64,000 bases of DNA from Dehalococcoidia bacterium (GTDB lineage Bacteria; Chloroflexota; Dehalococcoidia; UBA2979), in assembly GCA_022451865.1 (NCBI GenBank), contig JAKUNM010000001.1:4733-68732 (forward strand), in the 5' to 3' direction. Under the pieces are notes generated by a model that saw only the letters and a program-made list of their open reading frames with translations, was not told the origin of the DNA and ran no database searches. The position numbers and the translations under genes were made by a program. Position 1 is the first letter of the stretch, and each line of letters begins with the position of its first letter. Of the stretch, positions 1 through 9,652 are shown piece by piece.

Positions 1-395
1 AGTTCTGCTGTGAATATTTTAGTAGTCGTCTTGCCCACATTGCCTGTGATTCCAATAACATTTAGATTCTTAAGTGATTTTCTCCAACAAGCTGCAATTT
101 TTTGTAATGCCTCAAGAGTGTTATTCACATAAAACAGCGTACCTGTTTCTGTTCCTTCAACATGTTTTTCTAATAGACACCCATTCGCACCTGCTGCAAT
201 AGCAGATGCTGCATGTAAATGTCCATCAGTAGTTGTGCCAGGAAGCGCTACAAAAAGATCTCCCGGCTTAACTGCACGTGAGTCGATCACAGCTCTATTG
301 AATGATCGTTTATCACCATGCTGTGCTTGAAGATCATCTCCCAAAGCTTGATGAATAAAATCAGAGTCTAATAGTGGTGGATTATTAATTTTCAT
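1..395 (-). CDS. Mur ligase (MurE/MurF-like), N-terminal part; the C-terminus runs off the window edge
   Basis: Minus-strand translation from the ATG at 393-395 gives MKINNPPLL...DSRAVKPGDLFVALPGTTTDGHLH...IGITGNVGKTTT (Mur ligase N-domain plus P-loop). It lies directly downstream of ftsI in dcw order and overlaps the ftsI stop by 11 nt. It is absent from the ORF track because it is truncated. Confidence 0.6.
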   Translation of the reverse strand, partial: MKINNPPLLDSDFIHQALGDDLQAQHGDKRSFNRAVIDSRAVKPGDLFVALPGTTTDGHLHAASAIAAGANGCLLEKHVEGTETGTLFYVNNTLEALQKIAACWRKSLKNLNVIGITGNVGKTTTKIFTAE

Positions 396-2127
396 TAGTT
401 GCTACCAAATCATAGGAAGAGGGAATTTGTTTGTAAGTCATGATTTCTTTTGCAACTTTTGCAAATACAGGAGCTGCAACTTGACCGCCTAAACGAAGAT
501 CTCCTTCAGGAGTATCGATTTTTACCAAAATTGATACTATTGGCAGTTCATATGGTACAAAACCTGCAAAAGAAGCGATGGTCGTATTAAAATCATAACC
601 TGAATCTGAAGAGACAATTGTTGTTCCGGTTTTACCTGCTACAGTGTGTTCCTTTAATCTTGCGCCATGATAAGTTGTCCCGTGTACTACATCACGCATC
701 AGTCGGCCCATTGTTTCTGCAGTTTTTTCCTTAATGACTTGTCTTACTAAAACTGGTTGATATTCGCGAATTTCATTTTCCGTAATAATTTTTGAAACTA
801 TGTAAGGGCGCATTAATTTTCCACCGTTGGCAAAAGAGTTAACGGCCGTTAAAACTTGAAGCGGTGTTGCAGATAGTCCTTGGCCATATGAATTTGCTGC
901 CAAATCGACGCTGTACCAATCTTTTTCAGAGGGTGTTCGCATTAATCCCGATGCTTCACCGCTTAAGCCTAAATGCGTAATGTGCCCTAACCCAAAATTC
1001 TTGAAATAAGAATAAAAAGAATCTTTTCCTATTTCTGTAGCTAACCATACAGCTCCAGTATTTAAGGATTTTTGTAAATACTCACGGACTGTAACTTTCC
1101 CGTGTGATTTGAAATCCCAATTTCGTATAATTGTGCCATCAACGTTTACAGATCCTGTATCTTCATAAGTTGTATTGATATCGACTAAATTAAGATCTAT
1201 AGCCGTAGCTGTAGTTAATGTTTTTAACACCGATCCTGGTTCGTACAAATCAGTAATTGTTCGATTTTTAATATATTTGGGTGAGAGATTTTTGTCTTTT
1301 GGATCATTGATTTCACTCACGTGAGCTGAGGTCATCGCCAAAATAGCACCTGTCTTAGGATCCATGATAAGTATGGATCCTCCAGAAGCTTTATAGCGTT
1401 CTAGTGCTATTTTTAATTCTCTTTCAGCAATTGATTGTATAAATCGATCGATTGTTAGTTGTATTTCACTTCCTGAGACAGGATTAATAGCTAATGAAGG
1501 AGATGTAAAAGCTATTGGACGTCCAAGTGCATCATTCTCAAATGTTAGTAATCCAGGCTGCCCACGTAATATATGATCAAAATCTGACTCAACCCCCCAT
1601 AATCCGTGTTTATCAGTTCCTATCTCACCAATAATTTGCTTACCTAGAATACCTTCAGGATATTGTCGAACTGTTGAAGGTATCAATCGAACCCCCCATA
1701 AATTTTGATCAATGATGGACAGTCCAGTTTTATAATCTAAGTCACGGTAGATTAGATAGTCTCCAAATGTTGATATCGTTCCATTTCGGTATACTTCAGC
1801 ATGATCTAATTCGAGCAAAGTGGCAATGACAGAAGCTGATTCATTTGCTTTTACTCTCTCTGACCATTGATACCTATCTATATAGACATCCCATGTATCT
1901 TTTGAGATGGCTAAAGGATATCCGGTTGCATCAGTTATAAGACCTCTCGGTGCATTGACCGTACTACTGGTGAAACGGTTATTAAAAGCTTCATTCAAGT
2001 ATCTCTCATTTTCTAAAATTTGTAATTGGTATAACCTTCCAATAATCATCAGTAAACCAGCAATTACTAGTATTGCTACTATCCAGTGTCGCCAACTTAA
2101 GTGTCTTATCTGTTGCTCTTCCATCAT
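385..2127 (-). CDS. ftsI: Peptidoglycan D,D-transpeptidase FtsI / penicillin-binding protein
   Basis: 580 aa with an N-terminal TM helix. Transpeptidase motifs SVLK (SxxK), SLN (SxN) and KTGT are present. Sits in dcw context after ftsL. Confidence 0.85.
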   Translation of the reverse strand: MMEEQQIRHLSWRHWIVAILVIAGLLMIIGRLYQLQILENERYLNEAFNNRFTSSTVNAPRGLITDATGYPLAISKDTWDVYIDRYQWSERVKANESASVIATLLELDHAEVYRNGTISTFGDYLIYRDLDYKTGLSIIDQNLWGVRLIPSTVRQYPEGILGKQIIGEIGTDKHGLWGVESDFDHILRGQPGLLTFENDALGRPIAFTSPSLAINPVSGSEIQLTIDRFIQSIAERELKIALERYKASGGSILIMDPKTGAILAMTSAHVSEINDPKDKNLSPKYIKNRTITDLYEPGSVLKTLTTATAIDLNLVDINTTYEDTGSVNVDGTIIRNWDFKSHGKVTVREYLQKSLNTGAVWLATEIGKDSFYSYFKNFGLGHITHLGLSGEASGLMRTPSEKDWYSVDLAANSYGQGLSATPLQVLTAVNSFANGGKLMRPYIVSKIITENEIREYQPVLVRQVIKEKTAETMGRLMRDVVHGTTYHGARLKEHTVAGKTGTTIVSSDSGYDFNTTIASFAGFVPYELPIVSILVKIDTPEGDLRLGGQVAAPVFAKVAKEIMTYKQIPSSYDLVATNEN

Positions 2128-2645
2128 TATTTACTTTCTTGATTGTTTGAAAAGAACTTGAATATGAAATCTAATAATGATTCCCACCATTTTTTTTCTG
2201 ATAATGGATTATCATTTGATCCACTTGTGAATCTCAACGGGATTTGAATAGGTGCTGCTTGCCTTTGATCAATAGATATATGCATAGTTCTTTCTGCAGG
2301 AACCATTCCTAGACGTGTAGTTGCCTGTTGATGGATCTCGCGAAGTTTTACATTACTAGCTATGGATGCTTCGAGTATGCGTATATTTGCTTCAAGTGTA
2401 TTTCGTTCTTTGATCAGTTGGTTAACTGCTAAACCATTTTGCACTAGTTGATTAGTTTGTAAAACTTGGGTGATGCCAATTAAAGGCAACGCAAATAATA
2501 GTGTTGTTACAAAAATCCTTTTCATCAAAAGAGAAATACTTGCTGATTCTTTTGCAAAATACGTTTTTTCATTTTCCTGAAGATTTCCCCATGAAGTTGA
2601 TTTTCTTGCAGCAGCAGAATTTTTCTGGTCAATTCTTATCATCAA
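2127..2645 (-). CDS. ftsL: Cell division protein FtsL-like (single TM plus coiled coil)
   Basis: Lies between rsmH and ftsI. Has a TM segment IFVTTLLFALPLIGITQVL followed by a heptad-rich region. Start overlaps the rsmH end by 17 nt. At 172 aa it is long for FtsL, so the true start may be internal. Confidence 0.5.
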   Translation of the reverse strand: MMIRIDQKNSAAARKSTSWGNLQENEKTYFAKESASISLLMKRIFVTTLLFALPLIGITQVLQTNQLVQNGLAVNQLIKERNTLEANIRILEASIASNVKLREIHQQATTRLGMVPAERTMHISIDQRQAAPIQIPLRFTSGSNDNPLSEKKWWESLLDFIFKFFSNNQESK

Positions 2646-3609
2646 TATTCTCCATAATTGAAAGTGCTTCTGCGACTCTGAGACGTGCAGATCTAGATCG
2701 AGGATTGATATTGATTTCTTTTTCTGATGGTTTAATTACCTTTTTGCTAATTTGCAACCAAAGTGGAGGAGTAGTGTGTTCGAGTTCCCAGCGATTCCTA
2801 GGTTTCTGTGAACTATTGTTTCTTATGTAATTTTTAACAATCCTATCTTCTAATGAATGAAAAGAAATAATAGCTAGTCTGCCCGATTTTGTTTCGAGTA
2901 AGTTATGTACTACTTGGAGTACTTTTTTAAGTTGTTCTAATTCGTTATTTACTGCGATCCTTATTGCTTGGAAAGTTAATGTTGCCGGGTGTATTTTTTG
3001 CCTTGAAGTCTTTTTACGGTATTTTACCTTTTCAACAAGTGCAGCTAATTCTCCAGTGGTACTGATTGGGCGATGATTTATAATTGCTTTCGCAATTTTT
3101 CTACTTTGACGTTCTTCTCCATATTCCCAAATGATATTCGCTAATTCTTTTTCAGTAGTTTGGTTTATAATTTCATACGCCGAAATTGAATCTGACTGAT
3201 TCATTCGCATGTCGAGATGTTCATCTCGTAAAAATGAAAATCCTCTGTCATTTTGTTCCAGTTGGAAAGATGAGATACCAAGATCGAGCAATAGACCATC
3301 TGGTTGAATAAAATTATATTTGTTACAAATATCCTCTAAGTCTGCATAATTTCCTTGTGCAAGTATTACAGAATTACCAAATTCACTCAGTCTTTTTTTT
3401 GCGATTTTAAGTACTTGTGGATCTTTATCGATACCAAGAACTGTACATTTATTATCAGTTGCTTCTAATATTGCTCGCGTGTGTCCCCCGAGGCCAACAG
3501 TGCCATCAATATAATTACCATGCGGTTTAACATTTAATGCTTCTACCACCTGATTTGACATTACTGGGATATGGTTTGGCTGCCAATCTGATTGGTTAAT
3601 GGCGAGCAT
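2629..3609 (-). CDS. rsmH: 16S rRNA (cytosine1402-N4)-methyltransferase RsmH (MraW)
   Basis: HIPVMSNQVVEALNVKPHGNYIDGTVGLGGHTRAIL is the typical RsmH N-terminus with its SAM-binding motif. It is the second gene of the dcw cluster. Confidence 0.9.
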   Translation of the reverse strand: MLAINQSDWQPNHIPVMSNQVVEALNVKPHGNYIDGTVGLGGHTRAILEATDNKCTVLGIDKDPQVLKIAKKRLSEFGNSVILAQGNYADLEDICNKYNFIQPDGLLLDLGISSFQLEQNDRGFSFLRDEHLDMRMNQSDSISAYEIINQTTEKELANIIWEYGEERQSRKIAKAIINHRPISTTGELAALVEKVKYRKKTSRQKIHPATLTFQAIRIAVNNELEQLKKVLQVVHNLLETKSGRLAIISFHSLEDRIVKNYIRNNSSQKPRNRWELEHTTPPLWLQISKKVIKPSEKEININPRSRSARLRVAEALSIMENIDDKN

Positions 3610-3617
3610 TTATTCCT

Positions 3618-4022
3618 CTATTCGTCTTGTGGCATAGATGTCAGTTCGTTTTCCCAAAGATTGGGATCCCAGATTTCCACATAATCACCACAGCCTACTA
3701 ATGTGCATCGATTTTCAAGAGAGCCACTTTCACGAAGTATTTGAGGAATGAGTATCCGACCTTGCTTATCTAACTCAACTGAATAGGAATCATGTAAAAA
3801 ACTACGACGAGTTCTACGTGATGACCGTTCACGATTTCCATTTCCTGATTCAATTCGCCTCGTAGCTTCAGAATCAAAAGACTGATATGTGTATAACTCA
3901 AGAGCTCCGTCTGGACTTGGACGAAGAACTCCACCGTCGACGAACGCGCGACGATAGCGGGCGGGGATTGCTAATCGTCCGCGCTCATCGATGGAGTGTT
4001 CGAAGGTGCCGAAAAAGTACAC
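3618..4022 (-). CDS. mraZ: Transcriptional regulator MraZ
   Basis: GTG start. N-terminus MYFFGTFEHSIDERGRLAIPARYR shows the MraZ double-domain pattern (DxxGR...P). It is the first gene of the dcw cluster. Confidence 0.85.
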   Translation of the reverse strand: MYFFGTFEHSIDERGRLAIPARYRRAFVDGGVLRPSPDGALELYTYQSFDSEATRRIESGNGNRERSSRRTRRSFLHDSYSVELDKQGRILIPQILRESGSLENRCTLVGCGDYVEIWDPNLWENELTSMPQDE

Positions 4023-4040
4023 ATCGGTGCCTTCACTGTG

Positions 4041-4077
4041 TTGGGAACTACAGGGGCGCGGGCAGGGTTGCTACCCC
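4041..4077. promoter_or_regulatory. GC-rich, GGG-repeat-containing patch in the mraZ upstream region; possible MraZ autoregulatory operator or promoter element
   Basis: ttGGGaactacaGGGGcgcGGGcaGGGttgctaCCCC lies 20-55 bp upstream of the mraZ GTG start, in an otherwise AT-rich intergenic region shared divergently with trmD. Confidence 0.25.
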
Positions 4078-4210
4078 ATTTCTCCCCATAACACCCCAAA
4101 ACATTACCATATTTGGGATAATCCTACAAGAGTTTTTTTTAGGATAAGGCAAAAAAAATTAACTTAATCGTTATCAGGTCATATCGTGTGTATGATCACT
4201 GACATATGAG

Positions 4211-4950
4211 GTGTTTATGCGGTTTGATATTGTTACTCTTTTTCCTGAAATAATTGGACCATCGTTGAATCAATCGATTCTAAAAAATGCACAATCCTCT
4301 GGGTTTATTAACGTTCTTGTGCATCAACTTAGAGATTGGGCTAAAGACAAGCATAAAACAGTTGATGATTATCCATTTGGTGGCGGCCCAGGTATGGTAA
4401 TGAAGCCCGAACCTATATTTGATGCTGTTGAAGACATTCAGAAATTGATCAAACTAAAGCACATGTAGTCTTGATGACTCCTCAGGGAGATAGATTAGAT
4501 AATACATTACTTACAAAACTTTTGAAATTTGAACGTTTGTTAATTATTTGTGGTCGTTATGAAGGCGTGGATGAACGTGTTAGAGAAATGATCGTTGATC
4601 AAGAGGTATGTGTGGGTGATGTTGTTGTATCAGGTGGAGAAATTCCAGCATTAATGCTTGTTGATGCATTGTCGAGGCATATTCCAGGAGTTCTCGGTGC
4701 TGAAGATGCTCTGGAAGAAGAATCATTTGAATCAGGACTTCTAGAATACCCTCAATACACTCGTCCTGCTGAATTTCAAGGTTATCTAGTTCCTGAAATC
4801 CTTCGATCTGGTCATCATGCTGAGATTGAAAGATGGAGAAGAGTTCAGCAAATTTATCGTACGCATCTGAGACGCCCAGATCTCTTAGATGATGCGCAAC
4901 TTTCTGAATCGGAGAGAGAGTGGCTCGAAAATCAGAAAGAAAATAGATAA
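4211..4950 (+). pseudogene. trmD: tRNA (guanine37-N1)-methyltransferase TrmD, interrupted by an apparent 1-nt frameshift (ORFs 4211..4468 and 4471..4950)
   Basis: ORF1 carries the TrmD N-terminus (FDIVTLFPE...DDYPFGGGPGMVMKPEP). ORF2 carries the rest (LMTPQGDRLD...ICGRYEGVDERV...VVSGGEIPALMLVDALSRHIPGVLG...). ORF2's frame reads ...DQTKAHVVLMTPQG for 13 codons upstream of its start, so the two pieces join only by a -1 shift within roughly 4440-4460. Confidence 0.75.
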
Positions 4951-5040
4951 TAAGCACAGTTTTAATTTAGAATAAAAGCTCGACGTAACGTAAAGTCGAA
5001 ACTAATATAGCTTGTTCGGTTATTTGTATTAGATGGTGAG

Positions 5041-5388
5041 ATGACAATGTCTGTGGACTTGCGTGAATTTGTTCAACAACCTAATCCTGACTTCCCTTCT
5101 TTTAGTGTAGGGGACAATGTCCGGGTGCAATTACGCGTTGTTGAAGGTAATCGTGAAAGATTACAGCCTTTCGAAGGAGTTGTAATTCGTATAAAAAATG
5201 GACCTGCAGGAAACTTTACTATTAGGCGATTGTCTTCTGGTATAGGTGTCGAACGTACGATTCCCTTTAATAGCCCGCGCTTAGAAGTTATTGAAGTTAC
5301 TCGAAAAGGACGTGTACGTCGTTCACGACTGTATTATTTACGTGGTAGAACTGGTCGTGCTGCACGAATTAAGGAAGCGCGACGTTAA
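5041..5388 (+). CDS. rplS: 50S ribosomal protein L19
   Basis: 115 aa with [32 protein letters not shown]...[11 protein letters not shown]...[16 protein letters not shown], the L19 signature. Canonical position after trmD. Confidence 0.9.
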   Translation: MTMSVDLREFVQQPNPDFPSFSVGDNVRVQLRVVEGNRERLQPFEGVVIRIKNGPAGNFTIRRLSSGIGVERTIPFNSPRLEVIEVTRKGRVRRSRLYYLRGRTGRAARIKEARR

Positions 5389-5432
5389 TCTACTAATATC
5401 TTAATACTTTCTCGTATTTTTTCTCTTATGAT

Positions 5433-8186
5433 GTGAAGAAGATGTCATTGACAGAGAATTCTTTAGAAAAACAACCCCGAATTATTCGGACAAAATATAT
5501 TCGTGTAGCAGTGAATACTACACATCCTACATTTATGTCTTTTGTTTATGCTGTTCCCTATGATCAAAAAATTGTTATTGGTGATCTGGTGCATGTACCT
5601 TTTGGTCGCTTAGTGTTACAAGGCATTGTCACAGATGGACCCTTTGATACTCCAGGATATAATCCTTCGGAAGTACGATTTATAGAAGCAACAGTTTCAA
5701 GTATACCTAGAGTTTCTAGGCTTAGAATGTATCTTGCCGATTGGTTACAAAAAACCTATATAACTCCATTGTGGAATGCGTATAGTGTATTTCTTCCTCC
5801 CGGATCTAATGAGAAGTCAATTGCATTTCTAAAAAGTAATAAAAATATAGATCAACACGATCTAGAAAAACTTAACGGATCACAGAAGAAGCTTTTTAAC
5901 TTAATAGATACTGCAGTGCAAGAAAATAATGTGTTGAAAAGAAAAGTAAGTAAGACTATTTCTACCAGTCAATTTAATTCAGACATACGTATTCTTTTGC
6001 GTAAGAAATTAATTGAACGTAGTTATAAATTGCTGGAACCCCGTGGGAAGCCAAGAAGTATAGAAGTTGTTCATCTATTAATTGACTCGAGTGAAGCCAT
6101 AACAAGAGCAAAATCGATTGAAGGTAGTCGACATACTCGAAGTGGTAGGTTGATTTTAAAGCTCGTTGAATCTAGTGGTCGACTAAGTTTAGGAGAATTA
6201 ATCAAATACAAGAGTGATATTCCTATTGTCGAAAATTTGATCGCTGAGAAAATTATCGAAGAAGAACAAGATATAATACACATAGCAAAAACGCCTGATG
6301 AAATCTCTGCAATATTGCGTAAATTATCTCGTGGAAAATTCGAAAGGATTTATTCTGAACTTTTGGAATTTCTTGCTATTAACATTACCTCATCCCATCG
6401 AAATTTCGAACTAAGTTTTTTAATCGAGAAATTTGGTAAAGAAACACGGAAAGTTGTTAAGAGGTTCGCTGAGGAAAATTTGATTGAAATCAGAGAAGTG
6501 TACAGTAGACGAGATCCACTACATGCGTTGGAAGTTATGAAACGTGCTCCAGTAAAACTTTTAGGACTACAACTTGATGCAGCAAATTTAATTCGTAAAG
6601 CGGTAGATGAAGATCGCAATGAGAACTTTCTCTTACATGGAGTTACTGGCAGTGGAAAAACTGAAGTCTATTTAGATGTATTGCAGCATATAATTAATAT
6701 CGGTAAACGTGCTATTGTATTAGTTCCTGAAATTGCTCTTACCACTCAGACTATACGGCGTTTTTCAGAACGTTTTCCTGGACGTGTTGGTGTAATGCAT
6801 TCTGGATTAAGTATGGGAGAAGCTTTTGACGAATGGAATTCAATTGCTGAAGGTTCATATGATGTCGTAATAGGATCACGATCAGCAATTTTCTCTCCAC
6901 AACCTGATCTTGGTTTGATAATTATTGATGAATCTCATGAATGGACATATAAACAATCAGAACCACAACCACGGTATGATGCTCGAAGATTTGCTGTTGA
7001 ATTGGGAAAAAAAACTAATGCGATCGTAGTTTTTGGTACAGCAACTCCTGATGCTGAAAATTGGTTAGCGGCTGAACAAGGGATGTTTACTAGGATTGAT
7101 TTACCTAATCGGATACGTCCTATTTCACAATTAGATGGTAGTTCTCAACTATGGCCAGTTGATAATTTACCGCAGATAGAATTAATTGATATGCGAGGTG
7201 AGAATCGCATTTTTTCCGATCGTTTTGTTGAGGTACTTGGTGAAACATTAGATCACGAAGAGCAGGCAATTCTTTTTCTTAATAGAAGGGGATTGAGTCC
7301 TTTTATGCTTTGTTCACGAGGCCATACTCCTAAATGTTCATCATGTGACATAGCTTTATCCGTGCATCAAACATTTTCAAAAGATAAAAAATTATTATGC
7401 CATGTTTGTGGACGTGAGAAACGAGTCCCAAAATATTGTGTCGAATCTGGCTGTGGGAGAATGTTAAAGTCTATAAGTGCAGGTACTCAGCAAGTTGTAA
7501 AAGAAGTACATCATTTTTTCCCAAATAGTCGTGTTGTGAGATGGGATAGAGATAGTATTCGTTCAATGGAAGATCATAGACTTACTTTACAAAAATTACT
7601 TAATCGTGAGGCAGACGTTTTAGTTGGAACTCAAATGATAGCGAAGGGTTTCGATTTGCCAGGAGTTACTTTTGTTGGTGTCGTACTGGCAGATTATTCT
7701 CTTCGTGAAGGTGATTTTCGATCAGCTGAAAAAACATTCCAATTATTAGTCCAAGTTGCAGGACGTGCAGGAAGATCTGAACAAGATGGACGAGTTATCG
7801 TCCAAACTTTACAGCCTGAGGATCCAGCAATTACAGCAGCCATATCGCAAGATACTGATCGGTTTTATGAATCGGATTTTCGTTGGCGTGCTATCCATGG
7901 TTATCCTCCATATAGTCGGATGATAAAGTTACTATTCAGTCATAGCAATTTGCCATTTGTTGCATCTGAGGCAAGAAGAATAGTTGAGGAAATAAAATTA
8001 CGTGCTCCAATGTTTAAGAATATTTCTGTTATCGGACCAAGTTTTCCTGCAGTATCACGTATTAGAGGGAAATATCGTCAACAAATACTTATATTAGGCG
8101 ATGATCCTTCGTCGTTAGTAAAACAAATGCATGATGAATTGCCTAAAGGTTGGATAGTTGATGTTGATCCTTTATCAGTAAACTAA
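5433..8186 (+). CDS. priA: Primosomal protein N' (PriA helicase), long form with an internal insertion
   Basis: GTG start. N-terminal 3'-DNA-binding region VPFGRLVLQGIVT. Walker A GVTGSGKTEVYL, DExH box IIDESHEW, Cys4 zinc cluster (CSRG...C..C...CHVCG). At 917 aa it is ~150-180 aa longer than typical PriA, with the extra sequence between the N-domain and the helicase core. Confidence 0.85.
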   Translation: MKKMSLTENSLEKQPRIIRTKYIRVAVNTTHPTFMSFVYAVPYDQKIVIGDLVHVPFGRLVLQGIVTDGPFDTPGYNPSEVRFIEATVSSIPRVSRLRMYLADWLQKTYITPLWNAYSVFLPPGSNEKSIAFLKSNKNIDQHDLEKLNGSQKKLFNLIDTAVQENNVLKRKVSKTISTSQFNSDIRILLRKKLIERSYKLLEPRGKPRSIEVVHLLIDSSEAITRAKSIEGSRHTRSGRLILKLVESSGRLSLGELIKYKSDIPIVENLIAEKIIEEEQDIIHIAKTPDEISAILRKLSRGKFERIYSELLEFLAINITSSHRNFELSFLIEKFGKETRKVVKRFAEENLIEIREVYSRRDPLHALEVMKRAPVKLLGLQLDAANLIRKAVDEDRNENFLLHGVTGSGKTEVYLDVLQHIINIGKRAIVLVPEIALTTQTIRRFSERFPGRVGVMHSGLSMGEAFDEWNSIAEGSYDVVIGSRSAIFSPQPDLGLIIIDESHEWTYKQSEPQPRYDARRFAVELGKKTNAIVVFGTATPDAENWLAAEQGMFTRIDLPNRIRPISQLDGSSQLWPVDNLPQIELIDMRGENRIFSDRFVEVLGETLDHEEQAILFLNRRGLSPFMLCSRGHTPKCSSCDIALSVHQTFSKDKKLLCHVCGREKRVPKYCVESGCGRMLKSISAGTQQVVKEVHHFFPNSRVVRWDRDSIRSMEDHRLTLQKLLNREADVLVGTQMIAKGFDLPGVTFVGVVLADYSLREGDFRSAEKTFQLLVQVAGRAGRSEQDGRVIVQTLQPEDPAITAAISQDTDRFYESDFRWRAIHGYPPYSRMIKLLFSHSNLPFVASEARRIVEEIKLRAPMFKNISVIGPSFPAVSRIRGKYRQQILILGDDPSSLVKQMHDELPKGWIVDVDPLSVN

Positions 8187-8281
8187 GCTAAGATCACGTA
8201 TTGGATAAAGTTTGATATAAAAATACAATAGATTTTGAATAATTTTCATATGCTTGGTTATGAGTAAGGATGGATAGATAC

Positions 8282-9094
8282 ATGTCATTAGAAGGTAAAG
8301 TTGCTCTTGTTGCTGGTGCAAGTAGAGGTATTGGAGCTGACATTTCCAGATATCTTGCTGCAGCGGGTGCAAAAGTTGCCGTTGCTGCAAGAAGTGTAGA
8401 ACAAAAAGATCCTCGCTTACCCGGTACGATTCACTCTGTTGTTTCAGAGATTGAGAGTGCAGGTGGAGAAGCCTTTCCGGTTGTAATTAATATGAGGGAT
8501 TCAACTAGTATTAGCGAATGTGTTAATACTGTCATTGAAAAATATGGGCAAATTGACATATTGGTCAATAATGCTGCTATTTTTGTTCCTGGAAATATTG
8601 AAACGGTACAAGAACGACATCTTGAACTTAGTATCGATATAAATTTCCGCTCTTATATACTTTCAATGCGTGAAGTAATTCCACATATGCGTGCATCAGG
8701 TGGGGGTCATATTATCAATATTTCTTCACGTGGAGCAATTCCATTAGGCCCAGGTCCTTATTCTGAAGATCAGCAAAGTCGTGCAGGAGATATTTTTTAC
8801 GGTGCAGAAAAAATTGGCTTAGAGCATTTTTCTCAACGTCAAGCAGCAATGTTGCAAAAAGACAATATTGCTGTGAATATTTTGTCTCCTGAAGGAAGAA
8901 TTAGCACTCCAGGTAATTTATATGCCGCAAATGACAGAGATAACCCTAACCTTGATTTTGAAACTGCAGATGATATGGGGCAATCCGCTGTGTGGATTTG
9001 TCAACAAATTCCTCAAGAATTCACAGGAAATGTGCTTTTTGATAAAGATTTACTAACTGAAAAAGGCATTAAATTATTAGGTCCTTTTCATTGA
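8282..9094 (+). CDS. SDR-family NAD(P)-dependent oxidoreductase
   Basis: GKVALVAGASRGIGADI (TGxxxGIG), NNAA motif and YGAEK (YxxxK) catalytic motif. The ATG at 8282 has a better RBS (AAGGA, 11 nt upstream) than the track start at 8270. Confidence 0.75.
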   Translation: MSLEGKVALVAGASRGIGADISRYLAAAGAKVAVAARSVEQKDPRLPGTIHSVVSEIESAGGEAFPVVINMRDSTSISECVNTVIEKYGQIDILVNNAAIFVPGNIETVQERHLELSIDINFRSYILSMREVIPHMRASGGGHIINISSRGAIPLGPGPYSEDQQSRAGDIFYGAEKIGLEHFSQRQAAMLQKDNIAVNILSPEGRISTPGNLYAANDRDNPNLDFETADDMGQSAVWICQQIPQEFTGNVLFDKDLLTEKGIKLLGPFH

Positions 9095-9121
9095 TCTAAA
9101 CTGAGGAATAGAGAGCAGAAA

Positions 9122-9640
9122 ATGACTATACGTCCCATTCGATATTTGGGTGATCCTGTATTGCGCCAGCCTGCAAAAAAAGTTAAGCGAGTTGATGATT
9201 ATATAAGACGATTAATTTTTGATATGACTGAATCCATGATTGATGCTCAAGGGGTTGGAATTGCTGCTCCTCAAATAGGTGTTAACTTACGTGTGGTAAT
9301 TATAGGTATGCCAGATGAACATCCTTTTCCCATAGTTAATCCTGAAATCGTTAAGCGAAGTGGGTCTCGCGAATTGGATGAGGGATGTTTATCTGTACCG
9401 GGATATCATGGACTCATAGTTAGATCCAAAAAAGTTGTAGTTAAAGGTCTAGATGAAAAAGGGCATCAAATTCGTATTGCTGCTGAAGACAACCTTCTTG
9501 CTCAAGCTTTAGAACATGAAGTTGATCATGTGAATGGAACACTTTATGTCGATCATTTGAACTCTAGAGAGGATTTAATCAAAATTGACACAAGTCCACA
9601 TACGTTGAGCGTGGAGAATAATTCTGAGAATACAGATTAG
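9122..9640 (+). CDS. def: Peptide deformylase
   Basis: All three Def motifs are present: GVGIAAPQIG, EGCLSVPG, HEVDHVNG. Confidence 0.9.
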   Translation: MTIRPIRYLGDPVLRQPAKKVKRVDDYIRRLIFDMTESMIDAQGVGIAAPQIGVNLRVVIIGMPDEHPFPIVNPEIVKRSGSRELDEGCLSVPGYHGLIVRSKKVVVKGLDEKGHQIRIAAEDNLLAQALEHEVDHVNGTLYVDHLNSREDLIKIDTSPHTLSVENNSENTD

Positions 9641-9652
9641 AAAGCGATAGTA

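Noticed and set aside
8175-8390. Gln-rich 71-aa minus-strand ORF (MQQRQLLHPLQQ...)
   Set aside because: Antisense to the SDR gene start and intergenic AT-rich DNA. Looks like a low-complexity artefact.
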